From the human T2T-CHM13v2.0 reference genome, Homo sapiens, in NCBI RefSeq assembly GCF_009914755.1, contig NC_060930.1: 64,000 nt of DNA; one strand, 5' to 3'. The stretch's first letter is position 1, and the number at the start of each line of letters is the position of its first letter. Positions 11,900 to 26,455 of the stretch are shown here, in pieces. The notes under the pieces were generated by a model that saw nothing but the letters and a program-made list of their open reading frames with translations, was not told the DNA's origin and made no database searches. The position numbers and the translations under genes were made by a program.

Positions 11900-12461
11900 A
11901 ACTCTCAAATGCACCTACATTAGCACTGTGAATTGTATGTAATCAAGAATCAATTCAAATAGAATCACTCAAAAAACAAAATAATTAAAAGAAATATGGT
12001 TCATATGACTGAGAAAGTTGAGGGTGTGGATATAACTGCAGATGTGGATTGGTGCAGAGGGCAGTAGACATTGTTAAGATTTTTCCTCTGAGTTGGTGCC
12101 TTATGTGAGTTTTCTTTCATGAAGAAATATGTCTGTAGCACCTGCAGCCTCATATCCCTCCAATCTCAAGTCTAATACAAAGAGGTCCTACCTCTGCCTC
12201 AATGTTGCCATCTGAAACTTTCATTATGTCTGATTGGCTCTGATTGTGTCATTGTCAGCCCTCAATCAATTACTGTGGCCAGGTGACTACAAGACTACAA
12301 TGCACTCTTAGACTTGGACCTTAGTTGCATATTTCATCCTTAATGCTTGGGATGCAGGCCCACCCAGACTAAAGGGAAAAAGAATGGGGAAGAATGGAAC
12401 CATAAACTAAAACTGAACCCTTTGGCCAATTTTTGAGGACAGAAACCACAACGTTCACTAC
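11900..12461. mobile_element. Old MaLR LTR (MLT1J/K-like)
   Basis: TCTGATTGGCTCTGATTGTGTCA...CAATCAATTACTGTGGCCAGG. Boundaries are approximate. Confidence 0.5.
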
Positions 12462-12811
12462 TTTACCCTCCTGGAACCCATTACAACCAGCTCATCAGAC
12501 ACAGCTTCATGCAGTATTATGCTTTACATGTCAAAGATGTTAAAAAAGTTATAGCTATAGGTACACCTTCATAGATCTAATAAGCAATACTAATATAATA
12601 AATTATTAATAAAATGATTGACTGTATTGAATTCAGCATTAACCACTCCTTAAGTGGGTTCTTCATATTGCAATGCACAATCACTTGCAAATTTAATTCA
12701 GAATTCAAAATTTATTTTATTCAGCTTGAGTCAAAAATATTAGTATAATTTATAAGTGCATTTATGCAAGCATAGTCATTAAACTCTTTCCTCCCTACCA
12801 TGAAGGCATTA

Positions 12812-15678
<2,867 letters not shown>

Positions 15679-15794
15679 TACCATAAAAAGAAATTAACTA
15701 TTATAAATTGCTTCTATAACAAGGCACTGTGATAAATTATCCTATTTTTAAATTATATATGTTTTCTATATAATTAAACCTATTATTTATAACA

Positions 15795-16512
15795 TAAAAA
15801 AATAGCCCCATTAAAAAATGGGCAAAGGACATGAACAGACACTTCCCAAAAGAAGGTATATAAGGTGTGGAGAAAAGGGAACTCTTATACACTTTTGGTT
15901 GGAATGTAAAGTAGTTCAGCCACTGTGGAAAGCAGTTTGGAGATTTCTCAAAGAACATAAAACAGAGCTACCATTCAACCCAGCAATCCTACTACTAGGT
16001 ATATACCCAAAGGAAAATAAATCATTATACCAAAAAGACATATGCATTTGTATGTTCATTATCACTCTATTCACAATAGCAAAGACATGGAATCAACCCA
16101 GATGCCCATCATGGTGGACTGGATATAGAAAATATGATACGTATACACCATGCAATAATATACAGCCATCAAGAAGAAATAAAATTATGTTATTTGCAGC
16201 AACATGGTTGCAGCTTGATGCCATAATCCTAAGTGAATTAACACAGGAATAGAAAACCAAATACCATATGTTCTGAATTATAAGTGGAAGCTAAACCCTG
16301 AGCACACATGGACGTATACATGGAAATAATAGAGATTTGGGACTACTAGAATGGGGGAAGGAGAAAGAGGGAAATGGATTGAAAAATTACATGTTGAGTA
16401 CTATGCTCAATACTTGGGTGATAGGATCCATACCCAAAAACCTCAGAATTATACCCATGTAACAAACCTGCATATGTATCTCCTGTATCTAAAATAAAAG
16501 TTGAAAAAAAAA
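15795..16512 (+). mobile_element. L1PA15/16-like 3' fragment with an internal deletion
   Basis: ORF2 tail (VQPLWKAVWRFLKE...TWNQPRCP) and a 3'UTR ending CTAAAATAAAAGTTGAAAAAAAA. Confidence 0.88.
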
Positions 16513-16857
16513 TGCCCTACAAAGAATAGAGGATACAGGGGGGAAAGCATATTACTAGATAGAAACACTTCAAGTAGTGTATAATAATACGTTCATATTT
16601 AATATTATATTAAGTACTAATTTTATGGCTGAAAAGGACTATAGAGATTATGTAATCCTAAAATTGTCTAATAAAGATATTTTCTGGGTATGCTGTTCAT
16701 CACCATTTCCTCCATAAAACAGGACAGCCAGAAAGACATATTCACATTACTGTATCTCTGTGAAATAGATTAATTTAGGCCTCATTCTGTAAAGAATTCT
16801 CTGCTTTTTCAAGCAGACACAACTGCATCTCAACTTCACTGATTCCTTCACAAGCCC

Positions 16858-17500
16858 TTCATTCATTCCAAGTGTCATTGACCACTCACCCGCTTATTCC
16901 TAGCATTGTGCTAGCTGTTGGGATACAGGGATGACCACATGCTTTTTCCAGTCCAGTGAAGCCAACATACATTAATCGTGTTGTTACACAAATACATTCA
17001 TCAGTACCAAATACTCTTTGTTTTATAAAGGAAGCTTTCAGTGTCCCTGTTCCATTGTCTCAGAGCCTGTCTGGCTCAACTGGAGGCTTAGGGAAATTGC
17101 CTTTGAGCTGAGCATAACAGAAGGATGAAAGTCTGGGCTACACCCATACACTGAAGGCTTTGATAGTCTCCCACACGGAACCATGGAACAGAGAGCAAAA
17201 TGAGGGAATTATGAGGGGGCCAGGTCATGCAGGCTTGTAGACTGTAGGAATTTCAGTCTTCATCCTAAAGTCTATCTTAAAATCTAAATTAAAATATCCT
17301 TTAGCAAAAGGTGACATAATCAGGTTTGCATTTTAAAAAATCACTCTGGCCAATCTAGTGGAGATCTAGTGTAAAAATGATGAGAACAGTTAGGAAGCTA
17401 ATAGTTGGTCGAGGTGAGAGAGGATGATATGATGATGGCTTGCTCTAGAGTGGCACTATCGGAGAGGAAATATTTAACAGATTGGACAGATTAAAATTTA
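16858..17500 (-). mobile_element. L2 relic
   Basis: CATTCATTC tail, GGGATACAG, GGCCAGGTCATGCAGGC, TTTGCATTTTAAAAAATCACTCTGGC. Confidence 0.7.
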
Positions 17501-18059
17501 AAAGACATTAGTTCTCATCAAGTTTTGAGAGTCATAAATGCCAGCAAGTTGGTTCTTTTTCCAGTGTACTTTCTGCGAGGTCCCATAATCTGCTTCAGTC
17601 TTCCTAATGAGACTCAATAAATATCGCCATTCTTTGACAACCACATAACTTTATTTATAATGATAAATAAATACTTAAGGAACAATAGTGCTCATACCCT
17701 ATAGCTTTCTGGTTACTGGAAATGTCTTTTGGCTGTTAACCTAAATTTTCAGTCCTGTAAATTCAAGTCTCTTTGTTCTTGACTGAACTCATAGATACTT
17801 TCAAAATGTAAAAAGATGCAACAATTTAGGGTCCCTCTGTGTTTGGAATTTTTCTGAATCATATCATAGTTTACAGATATCCACTTACAAAATCCTCACA
17901 TTGACATGATTTGGAGTAGTTTACGAGTCAGTAAAGTTAGCTGATCTGACATAACATGCTATGTGGATATTTTTTCTTAAGAAAATGCTATGTCCTGAAT
18001 TAAAAATTTAAATGTAGACTAAAATAATGTTGGACTGATTACGTGCTTTGAAAATTTTT

Positions 18060-19170
18060 ATCTCTGCCTCTACTTTTATTCCCTACTTCCTTCAGTACTG
18101 GTGTTCCCTACTCCCATTGTAGGTGATTTTCTCTTATTCCAAATCAGTGAAGCCCAAATCACTGATGCCACTTCTGAGCCTTTGACAGTCCCATCCAACT
18201 GTTCATATATTCATTAACAAATATTTTTGACAGTCTAATTCTATCTGAGCCCCTGTGAAATATCTCCATGGAGGGTCCTCCAATGACACAAATCTACATA
18301 TCTGAAAGTAAGTTAGCAATCTGACTTCCCCAAATCTATTTCTTACTTCTATTCACTATTTTGGTCAAGGTTAACCTTGAAAATGTACTTATTTAGCTGA
18401 ACAATTCATTGTTTTACTCTATGCCTACATTGATGTCTTCCTGCCCTTACAACCCCATCACAAATCCTACTCTTCTTCCTTTTATGACTCTTGCAAATTT
18501 ATCCTTCTTCTGCCTCCAATTTTAGGGTTTTTTTTTTCCCTCATCTTCACTGCTAGGGTTTTAATTCACACCCTTGTTATCTCTAAGTTCACACTGGGTT
18601 TTCCTTCCTCTAATTGGGAGCCACTTGCCAATCCATCCTTCCAATCCAAGCAATCTTATTAGGAAGACTGATCAAATCATGATGCTGCTGTACCTGAAAA
18701 TCTCAAGGAGGATGATTCCTCATTGCTTTCAGGATAAAAGCATAGCACATCAGTATAGCAAACAGGACTCGTAGGAATACTTTTTAACCATTCAGCTATA
18801 CCATACCACCCCCAACCCTCCACCCTCCGACTCCAGTTGCCAGTCACCTCTTGTCTGCAGTTACATAAAGTGTTCACTCCTATGCATTTGCTCTTCTTTC
18901 TGCCTCCCTCTACTGTGACTCTCCTCCTTCAAGATTCAGCTCTAATGTTATTTCTCTGCATAGGATTTTAAGCATCAAGCCCACGTGTACTCCTGCCATT
19001 ACTCTTTGTTGATCTATGCCTAGGGACACTCAGATCAGCTTCCTGCAATCATTTGTTAATTTCTCATTATCCCACTCAAGTAAACTTTCTGGAGCACAGA
19101 TTATCTTTTTATCCCTGGAATCTACCATGGAACATGATATATAATAAGTATTCCACAAACATAATTATGG
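18060..19170 (+). mobile_element. L2 relic
   Basis: Pyrimidine-rich L2 3' region (TTCAGGATAAAAG, CCTTCAAGATTCAGCTC). Confidence 0.6.
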
Positions 19171-21262
19171 TACTTAAAAATGATTAATATTTAGTGTGTG
19201 CTGTTTTATCAAGTGTAGGAGAAATACGCAACCACATACACACTCACACACTAAGAAGACCAAATTAAAGCTTGAGTTTAGAATATTAATAGGTCAGTGA
19301 AAAAAAAACTCTTTATAGGACTCCTCAAACAGAATAATTTTCAAGTATTTTTTTACACAACCAAAATAGTAAAAATACATTTTGTGTCATAATTCTCCAA
19401 CATCCAATCATGTATAATAATGGAAATACATAAAGATTTTACAAAGACAATCCTCACCCTTCCTGCATATGATGCCTTCTGATATTTTTCTACAACTATT
19501 TTATTTTTTAGATGTTGGTTGAAACCACAAAAAATATTTTATGGCTCATTTTGGGAAATACTGCTTTAGTATCTCTACCATATTTGGTTTTCATTCACAC
19601 AATTTCTGTAAATAATTAAGCCTGTAAGTGAAAATTAAATAAGCAATTTTGCTAATTTTTAGAGCTACTCAAAACTCATCAATTTCCTAAATATGCTATT
19701 ATCACTGCTAACTCCACTGTTATTTTCTTAATAATAATAAATTTCTTGTGACAATTTTTGACATATTTCACACACATTGAAATCACTGGAAGCAGGCTGA
19801 ATGACTCTGAAGCAAGATTTGCAATCGCTGAATTGACCAATTCCCATTTGCAGTCTTTTACGTCGAGTCTAGACATTGAATCCATATTTCCTATTGTAAA
19901 AGAGTTAAAACTCTCCAATAGCACCCTATTTCTATTCGGTGTGTTTCTTTATTTCTTTTTAAATAAAATAGCATAAAATATGATTACAGGATTTTTTTTT
20001 GGAAATAAAGCTAGTGATAGGAATAAATTCAATACATATACAAAGAATCATGCCAGAATATTATTTCTTTTTTTTTCTATTTCTGGACAACTCTATCACT
20101 GAATAAATCACACATAATTCTCCTATAACCACGGTGTTTGGCAAGGAAACTTGCCATGATTCTTCCTTAATTTCAAGGAACACATATCTGCCAACTTTTA
20201 TGTTGCCTCATGGAAAGTAACAAATATTACATGTCATATGTCAGCATTTCAGTGCCCAATAACGAAGAAACTCTTCATGGTTTCTCTAAATGAAAGAGCA
20301 AAAAATTCAGAAAGACAAAAAGATTTTGCCAATGTTTTGCTATAAAAACATTTATCTCAAAAAAATTGGTTACAGGAACTATACCAAAAATAAGGATATT
20401 TATCATGATATATGCCTTCACAACTAAAGTTGTGAATACTTTAAATTGAGATTTTGAAAAGCACACTTATATAAATAAGTGTTTTGTTTTTAAATAATTC
20501 ATTTTTCAAAACAAGACTTAAGCTGTGATGAGAAATTTGTCAAAATTAAATTTCTATCCCTGCCCTCCTTCTAAGTATAGTAGCACAGCTGTCATGAATC
20601 CTAAATTTGAATACACAACTTGTATAAGTGGGACATAGAATGCCATTGCTCAAGTAGAATATGGGGTCCTTTTGACGTGTTTCAAGGCCATGAGTTTCCT
20701 TCCTACATTTAGTGGTGACACTAAAACTGAAAGCTTGGGAATAGTACATAGAAGAGGGAGGCTGTTAAATATACTTATTTATATAGGTACTTTTCTAAAT
20801 GTATTTGATGAATTAGAGAATTGTTTAAACGAGGAAACGTCCAAAGTATTTGCTGTAAATTTTCCATACTGTTTGATGGAGTAAAAAACAAACAAACAAA
20901 CAAACAAAGAGATGAGGAGGTTTTGCATAGAAGGACAGCCCCACACAGAATGGGGAGAACAAGCCAGGTAAGCAGTGTCCACACGGTCAGGGCTGCGGGG
21001 TCTATGGAGAATTGCAGTGGCAGCTGTCCAGTGCAGGATGCTGGTGCCTAAAGTAAGGGTGATGCAGAAGGTGGTAGCTACAGTGGGGGACAGAGGGGAC
21101 TGCTCAGGGGACAGTGGTGATGATGGCCTGGCAAGTGGCGTCAGACCCCAGCGGAGCAAGAAGGATGTCGGTGCAGTGAGACAAAGGGTGGCAGCAGAGA
21201 TCAATGCTCAGTTACATACAGGGGGTCTGATCAAGTAAGAAAATAGATAACAAGAAAATAGG

Positions 21263-21549
21263 GGAGGGGCGCAGTGTCTCATGCCTGTAATCTCAGCACT
21301 CTGGGAGGCCAAGGCGGGCAGATTACCTGAGGTCAGGAGTTCGAGACCAGCCTGGCCAACATGGTGAAACCCCGTCTCTACTAAAAAATACAAAAATTAG
21401 CTGGGTGTGGTGGCAGGTGCCTGTATTCTCAGCTGCACAGGAGGCTGAGGCTGGAGAATTGCTTGAACCTGGGAGGCGAAGTTTGCTGTGAGCCGAGATT
21501 GCGTCACTGCAATCCAGTCTAAGCGACAGAGCGAGACTCTGTCTAAAAG
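21263..21549 (+). mobile_element. AluS (Sx/Sq-like)
   Basis: Dimeric Alu. TSD AAGAAAATAGG at 21252-21262 and 21736-21746. Confidence 0.95.
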
Positions 21550-21740
21550 AAAGAAAGAAAGGAAGAAAGGAAGGAAGGAAGGAAGGAAGGAAGGAAGGAA
21601 GGAAGGAAGGAATGAAGAAAGAAAGAGAAAGAAAGAAAGAGAAAGAAAGAAAGAGAAAAAGAAAGAAAGAAAAAAGAAAGAAAAAGAAAGAAAGAAAGAA
21701 AAAGAAAGAAAAAGAAAGAAAGAAAGAAAGAAAGAAAGAA
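21545..21740. repeat. Alu-tail polypurine tract including (GGAA)11 at 21569-21612 and (GAAA)n
   Basis: Units counted directly. Confidence 0.95.
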
Positions 21741-21915
21741 AATAGGAGTCAGGTTTTTCATGGTCAGAGAAGGGAAGTACAAACAGGGAATAGAAAAAAA
21801 AAAACTAGGATGAATCTGTGGTACTGCATTGAAATTGGAAATGTAAGTGTGAACTCATGTTTTTCAACATATTTAGATAGATATAGAAATAACTCTAGAG
21901 TATAATATGTGTGTG

Positions 21916-22392
21916 TGTATAGTAGTCAGGGTTCTCCAGAGAAACATAAGCAATAAGATTTATCAGTAAGAATCCATTCATGTGATTATGGAGGATAACA
22001 AGTCCCACGATCTGCAATCAGAAAGACGGAGATTCAGGAAAACCAATGGTGCCACCCCAGTCCAAAGGCCAGCGGGCTTGAAATCCAAGAAGAGTTGATG
22101 TTTCACTTAGAGATTGAAGGCAGGAAAAAACCCCAGCTTTTTAGCCATCAGGCAGGAAAATGTTCCCTTTACTTATGGGAGGGTCAGCCTTTTGATTCTA
22201 TTCAGGCCTTCAACTGATTAGATGAGGCCCACTCACAGTGGGGGCAGGGGACAATCTGCGTTACTCAGTCTGTAGATACAAATATTACTGTCATCCAGAA
22301 ACAGCCTCATGGACATGCCCAGAATAATGTCTGACCAAATATCTGGGTACCTCCTGTCCTAGTCAAGTTGACACCAAAAACGAACTATCACA
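21916..22392 (-). mobile_element. MLT2 (ERVL) solo LTR, MLT2B/C-like
   Basis: TG...CA termini, GGGTTCTCCAGAGAAAC, GTCAAGTTGACAC, and a 5-bp TSD GTGTG. Confidence 0.9.
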
Positions 22393-23398
22393 GTGTGTGC
22401 TTGTGTGTCTATGTTTAAAATACCTAGCACCCAGATCTTGGTTACTAAATGCTATTCTCTCTTGAAAAAAATTAGGGCTTCTTGTTGAAATAGCTGAATC
22501 CAAGGCTGGGCAGGGGAAGTACAAGATGAGTCTGGAACATTTTGTTATGCCATAAAGAGTGCTGAAAGAATAATGAGGACATGTCTAACAGCATAGGAAG
22601 CAGCTTAAAGAAGCTCCCACTGGCCAAATCCAGGACAACTTGAACATCAAAATAAATTATAACAACAACATCAATAAATTACAACATCAAATAAAATAAG
22701 AATCCATCAGCCCATACTCATGGGCTAAGTATAAGTTTGTTAATTAATATGTTAATTAATTATAAGTTAATATGTTAGCTGCTAATTAATATAAGTTAGT
22801 ATATTATATGTTAATATAAGCTAATTAATTGAAAGTTCGATGAGAGATGGGACATTTACATAATCTCAGAATACATCCCCATTATTCTTTCATTCCAAAG
22901 GGAAAAGTAATAGCTTTCCAGTGGAGAATCCTGGCAGGCACTACTTTAAACAAGTAATCAACATTAATATTACCAGTAATAGGACAATTCAAATCAGGTA
23001 CTGGGTGATAAATGCAATGAGGAAAATGCAGTATAACTTTTACGGTACTCCTGTAAGAAATAAAATGCATATATGGAATTTAATTATGAGGAAACACACA
23101 AAAAAACTAAAATTGAGGGACATTCTACAAAATAGCTGACCTTTTTATCTTCAAAAGTGTCGAGATCATGAAGTCAAGGAAAGATTTAGGATCTGTTCCA
23201 AATTGAAGGAGAATAAAGAGACATGACAACTAAATGCAACATTTGATTCTGAACTGGATCCTTTTGTTATTTGAATAATTGATAAAATGTAAATGGAGTC
23301 TGAAGTTACATGAGAGTCATATATTTATATGAATTTACTGATATTGATGGTTTACAGTAATGTAAGATAAAGTCTTCAGTTATAAGAAATACTCATTA

Positions 23399-23684
23399 GG
23401 CCAGGCGTGGTGGCTCACGCCTGTAATCCCAGCACTTTGGGAGGTTGAGGGTGGCAGATCACTTGAGGTCAGGAATTTGAGACCAGCCTGGCTAACATGG
23501 TGAAACCCTATCTCAACTAAACATACAAATTAGCCAGGCATGCTGCATGCCTGTAGTCTCAATTAATCCGGAGGCCTGAGACATGAGAACCGCTTGAACC
23601 CAGGAGGCACAGGGTGCAGTGAGCCAAGATAGTGTGTGCTGCTGCACTCCAGCCTGGGCGACAGAGTAAGACTCCACCTCAAAA

Positions 23685-23717
<33 letters not shown>

Positions 23718-23718
23718 G
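23399..23718 (+). mobile_element. AluS-type element
   Basis: Dimeric Alu with a long A tail. TSD AATACTCATTA. Confidence 0.95.
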
Positions 23719-24199
23719 AATACTCATTAAAGTATTCTGGGTTGATGCAGTATCACATAATCCTCTTACTCAAACTCAGAGGAAAAAGTTCTTCATTCCC
23801 TTTTTGCAACTTTTCTCCACGCTTTAAATTGTTTCATAAATGTATTTATATAAATATTTTATTACATTAGCAATCAGGAATATCCCTGTTTCATTTAGAA
23901 TACAGCTCTTTCACAATATTTCCTTAACTTTTATGTCTGTTTACTTTAGGGTGAAGTCACAGTAATAATTATAAACTTCATATTATAAATTTCTATTATA
24001 TTTTTTAATTAAGAAAAAAATCTCAGGTTTGAATTTTTATTATGTAAAAACCTTATCAAGTAGCAGTACTTGAATATACCTAGTCATAGGGAGAACACTC
24101 CTGTATTTCCTTCTTGGACAACTCTCTTTTCAGAAACTTTCCCTATATGATAAACACTCCCTTACACTTAGATAAAACTGCTTTAACCATTACTATCAC

Positions 24200-24930
24200 T
24201 CATCTCTTTTTTTGGTATTTCACTGTGAGGACACTTATTAGTTCTTTCTTGCTGTTTCCTTAGATATTCTTAGCCTTTGTCTCCTGGAAACTCTTATTTC
24301 ACTTGACTCTGTGACAAGTTTTTGTTATCTTCCTTTTACCTCTTTAGGAATCGCTTCTTAGTAGTATTCATAAATGCTTTTCCCTCTGATCGTCCCTAAA
24401 ATATTGATGTTCCTCTGGGTTCTGCTCTCATGTCCCATCTCATCCTCCATTACACAATCTTCCTGAATCACCTTTTCAAAGTCTTGATCATCACCCATGT
24501 CCTGATGGTCTCAAATCTCTGTTGGATCCAGATATCTCTCCCAAGCACAGACCTGAATGGCCCACTGCCTAAAAAACACATAAATACTTGTATCCCTTGG
24601 GTATATCAAAATGAGCAAGTACAAAACCAAACTCATCACCAAATCCCATCCTCTCTCAAGTTCCTTCCACCAGGCTTGGTGCTCTCGCTTATTCCTCCCT
24701 CAGTGAAGTGCATCACCATCAATCTAGAGGCAAAGCAGCAAACAAGATCTTTTTAAACTTCCTTATTATTTATCAAATCCATATATATATTAAATATAAA
24801 TATATATTTCTCTCCCTTTCCCACTGCCTTAGTGGGACCACAGTTCAGACCACAGTTATTTCTTCCCTGAATTATAGCTTCATAGGTGGGGCCCTGGACA
24901 GAAGTTTTGCTCCTCTGCAATTTTTCTTCA
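24200..24930 (+). mobile_element. L2 relic
   Basis: CCTGGAAACTCTT, AAATATTGATGTTCCTCTGGG, CAAAACCAAACTCATCA. Confidence 0.6.
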
Positions 24931-24937
24931 TGATGAT

Positions 24938-25210
24938 TGTATTAGTCAGGGTTCTCTAGAGGGACAGAACTAATAGGACAGAAATACATATCTATGGGAG
25001 TTTATTAAGGAGTGTTAACTCACACGATCACAACATCCCACAATAGACTCTCTGCAAGCTGAGGAGCAAGGAAGCCAATCCAAGTCCCTAAGTTGAAGAA
25101 ACTGGAGTCCAATGTTCGAGGGCAGGAAGCATCCAGCATGGGAGAAAGATGTAGGCTGGGAGGCTAAGCCAGTCCAGTCTTTTCACGTTCTTCTGCTTGC
25201 TTTTTATTCT
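24938..25210 (-). mobile_element. MLT2A1-like (HERVL) LTR, truncated
   Basis: TGTATTAGTCAGGGTTCTCTAGAGGGACAGAACTAATAGG...GTTCGAGGGCAGGAAGCATCCAGCATGGGAGAAAGATGTAGGCTGGGAGGC. Confidence 0.88.
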
Positions 25211-25719
25211 TGCTCCAAATCCCCGACTCATGCTCCATTTTTGATATCTCTATGTAGCCTTACTTACTGTGGCTATTCTACCAAATACAAACCTGTTGTA
25301 TGCAACTGACTTACAATGAAAATTTAGAGACTTGAGGGAAATTATATTTCAGAACAGAAAACAATCTACTATTAAATAGCAGTTCTGAAAACTCACAAAC
25401 TTTCCCCAGCAAGAAAGGGGAATCTCATAGCCTTTCCTCTCCTTACTCTCAAACCTACCACTGTGGTGCTAGACCCCTACCTCCACCTACAGAGATATTT
25501 CTTCCAGAAAATTCCTACTTTTTCTCATTCTGAAATTTCCCTTGCATAACATTCTCCCTCCTAAATAAGTCCACATATCTCATTTGCAAGGAAACCACTA
25601 ATACATTTTTCTAAACAAAAGAAATATTCACTCCCCTTGATAGAGGGGTAACTCTATTTGAATAGAGCAGAGTTATCATCTTCCTCATTTTAGATGAGTG
25701 ACTTCCGTCAATAATGCCT

Positions 25720-26050
25720 AAAATTACATTTAGTTTTAGGTTAAACACACTGCATGATTGACTTATTGAAACAGTTCAAGCTGAAACCTTCAAGTCTTTC
25801 ATAAGAGTTACCTTTCAACTGCATCTCTCTCATTCTGTGTTTATTTAGTTGGAACTTTGACCAAAGTACAGACATTTATCCCTGTTAAGTTTCATCTTAC
25901 TATATTTGGCCCATCATTGCAGCCTGTCGAGATCTTTTAAAATCTTGATTCTGGCATGAAATCTATTCACTATCCCTGCCAACTTCATGTCAAATGCAAC
26001 TTGCTTAAGTATGTTCTCTATCCTCACATAAGCCACCAAAAATGGCTAAT
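25720..26050 (-). mobile_element. L3/CR1 relic
   Basis: ACATTTATCCCTGTTAAGTTTCATCTT...CAGCCTGTCGAGATCTTTT...ATCTTGATTCTG. Confidence 0.7.
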
Positions 26051-26281
26051 AGGCATGTGCAGTTTCGTTACAGGATTCCAAGAGCTTAAAAGAAGATAAA
26101 ATCACCAAACTAGATACCTAAGGACAAATCTTTTTAGATTGAGAGTGAAGGTCTCATGTTCAGGCAGGTGTCCCTCATTTCTCTTGGTAACTCTTTTACT
26201 ACTTATTTTGAGGGATGGGTTGAGGTGGTGAGGGAATGAGGCTTGAAATGGGTAGATTGTCTAAAAAAGATTTTAATGTGG

Positions 26282-26455
26282 TAGGGCCAGAGCTAGGTTA
26301 AGGCTAGTGAGAGGCCAAATACAGAAAATTTAAGGAGTCACTCACTCTCAGGGTCTTGCAAGAGAGTAGGATGGCATTTGCAGACTCTGAGAGTGAGTGC
26401 CACCTTAAATTCTGTACTAAATGCTTCTCGCTGTTCTCATGCTAGCCCATATCCC
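26282..26455. mobile_element. MER91A-like palindromic hAT MITE
   Basis: Long inverted arms AATTTAAGGAGTCACTCACTCTCAGGGTC / GACTCTGAGAGTGAGTGCCACCTTAAATT. Confidence 0.8.

Larger units (their letters stand above)
20910..23850 (+). mobile_element. L1MC3/4-like 3'UTR hosting two Alus and an MLT2 LTR
   Basis: GTCAGGTTTTTCATGGTCAGAGAAGGGAAG, GTGAACTCATG, AAATTGAGGGACATTCTACAAAATA and AACTAAATGCAAC motifs resume across each insertion. Confidence 0.8.

Noticed and set aside
20779-21238. GC-richer block with 141-aa and 87-aa ORFs
   Set aside because: Appears continuous with the L1MC3/4-like 3'UTR, and I recognise no protein similarity.
21488-21905. Lys/Glu/Arg-rich and Phe/Leu/Ser-rich ORFs (also 53422-53878)
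   Set aside because: Translations of GAAA/GGAA Alu tails.
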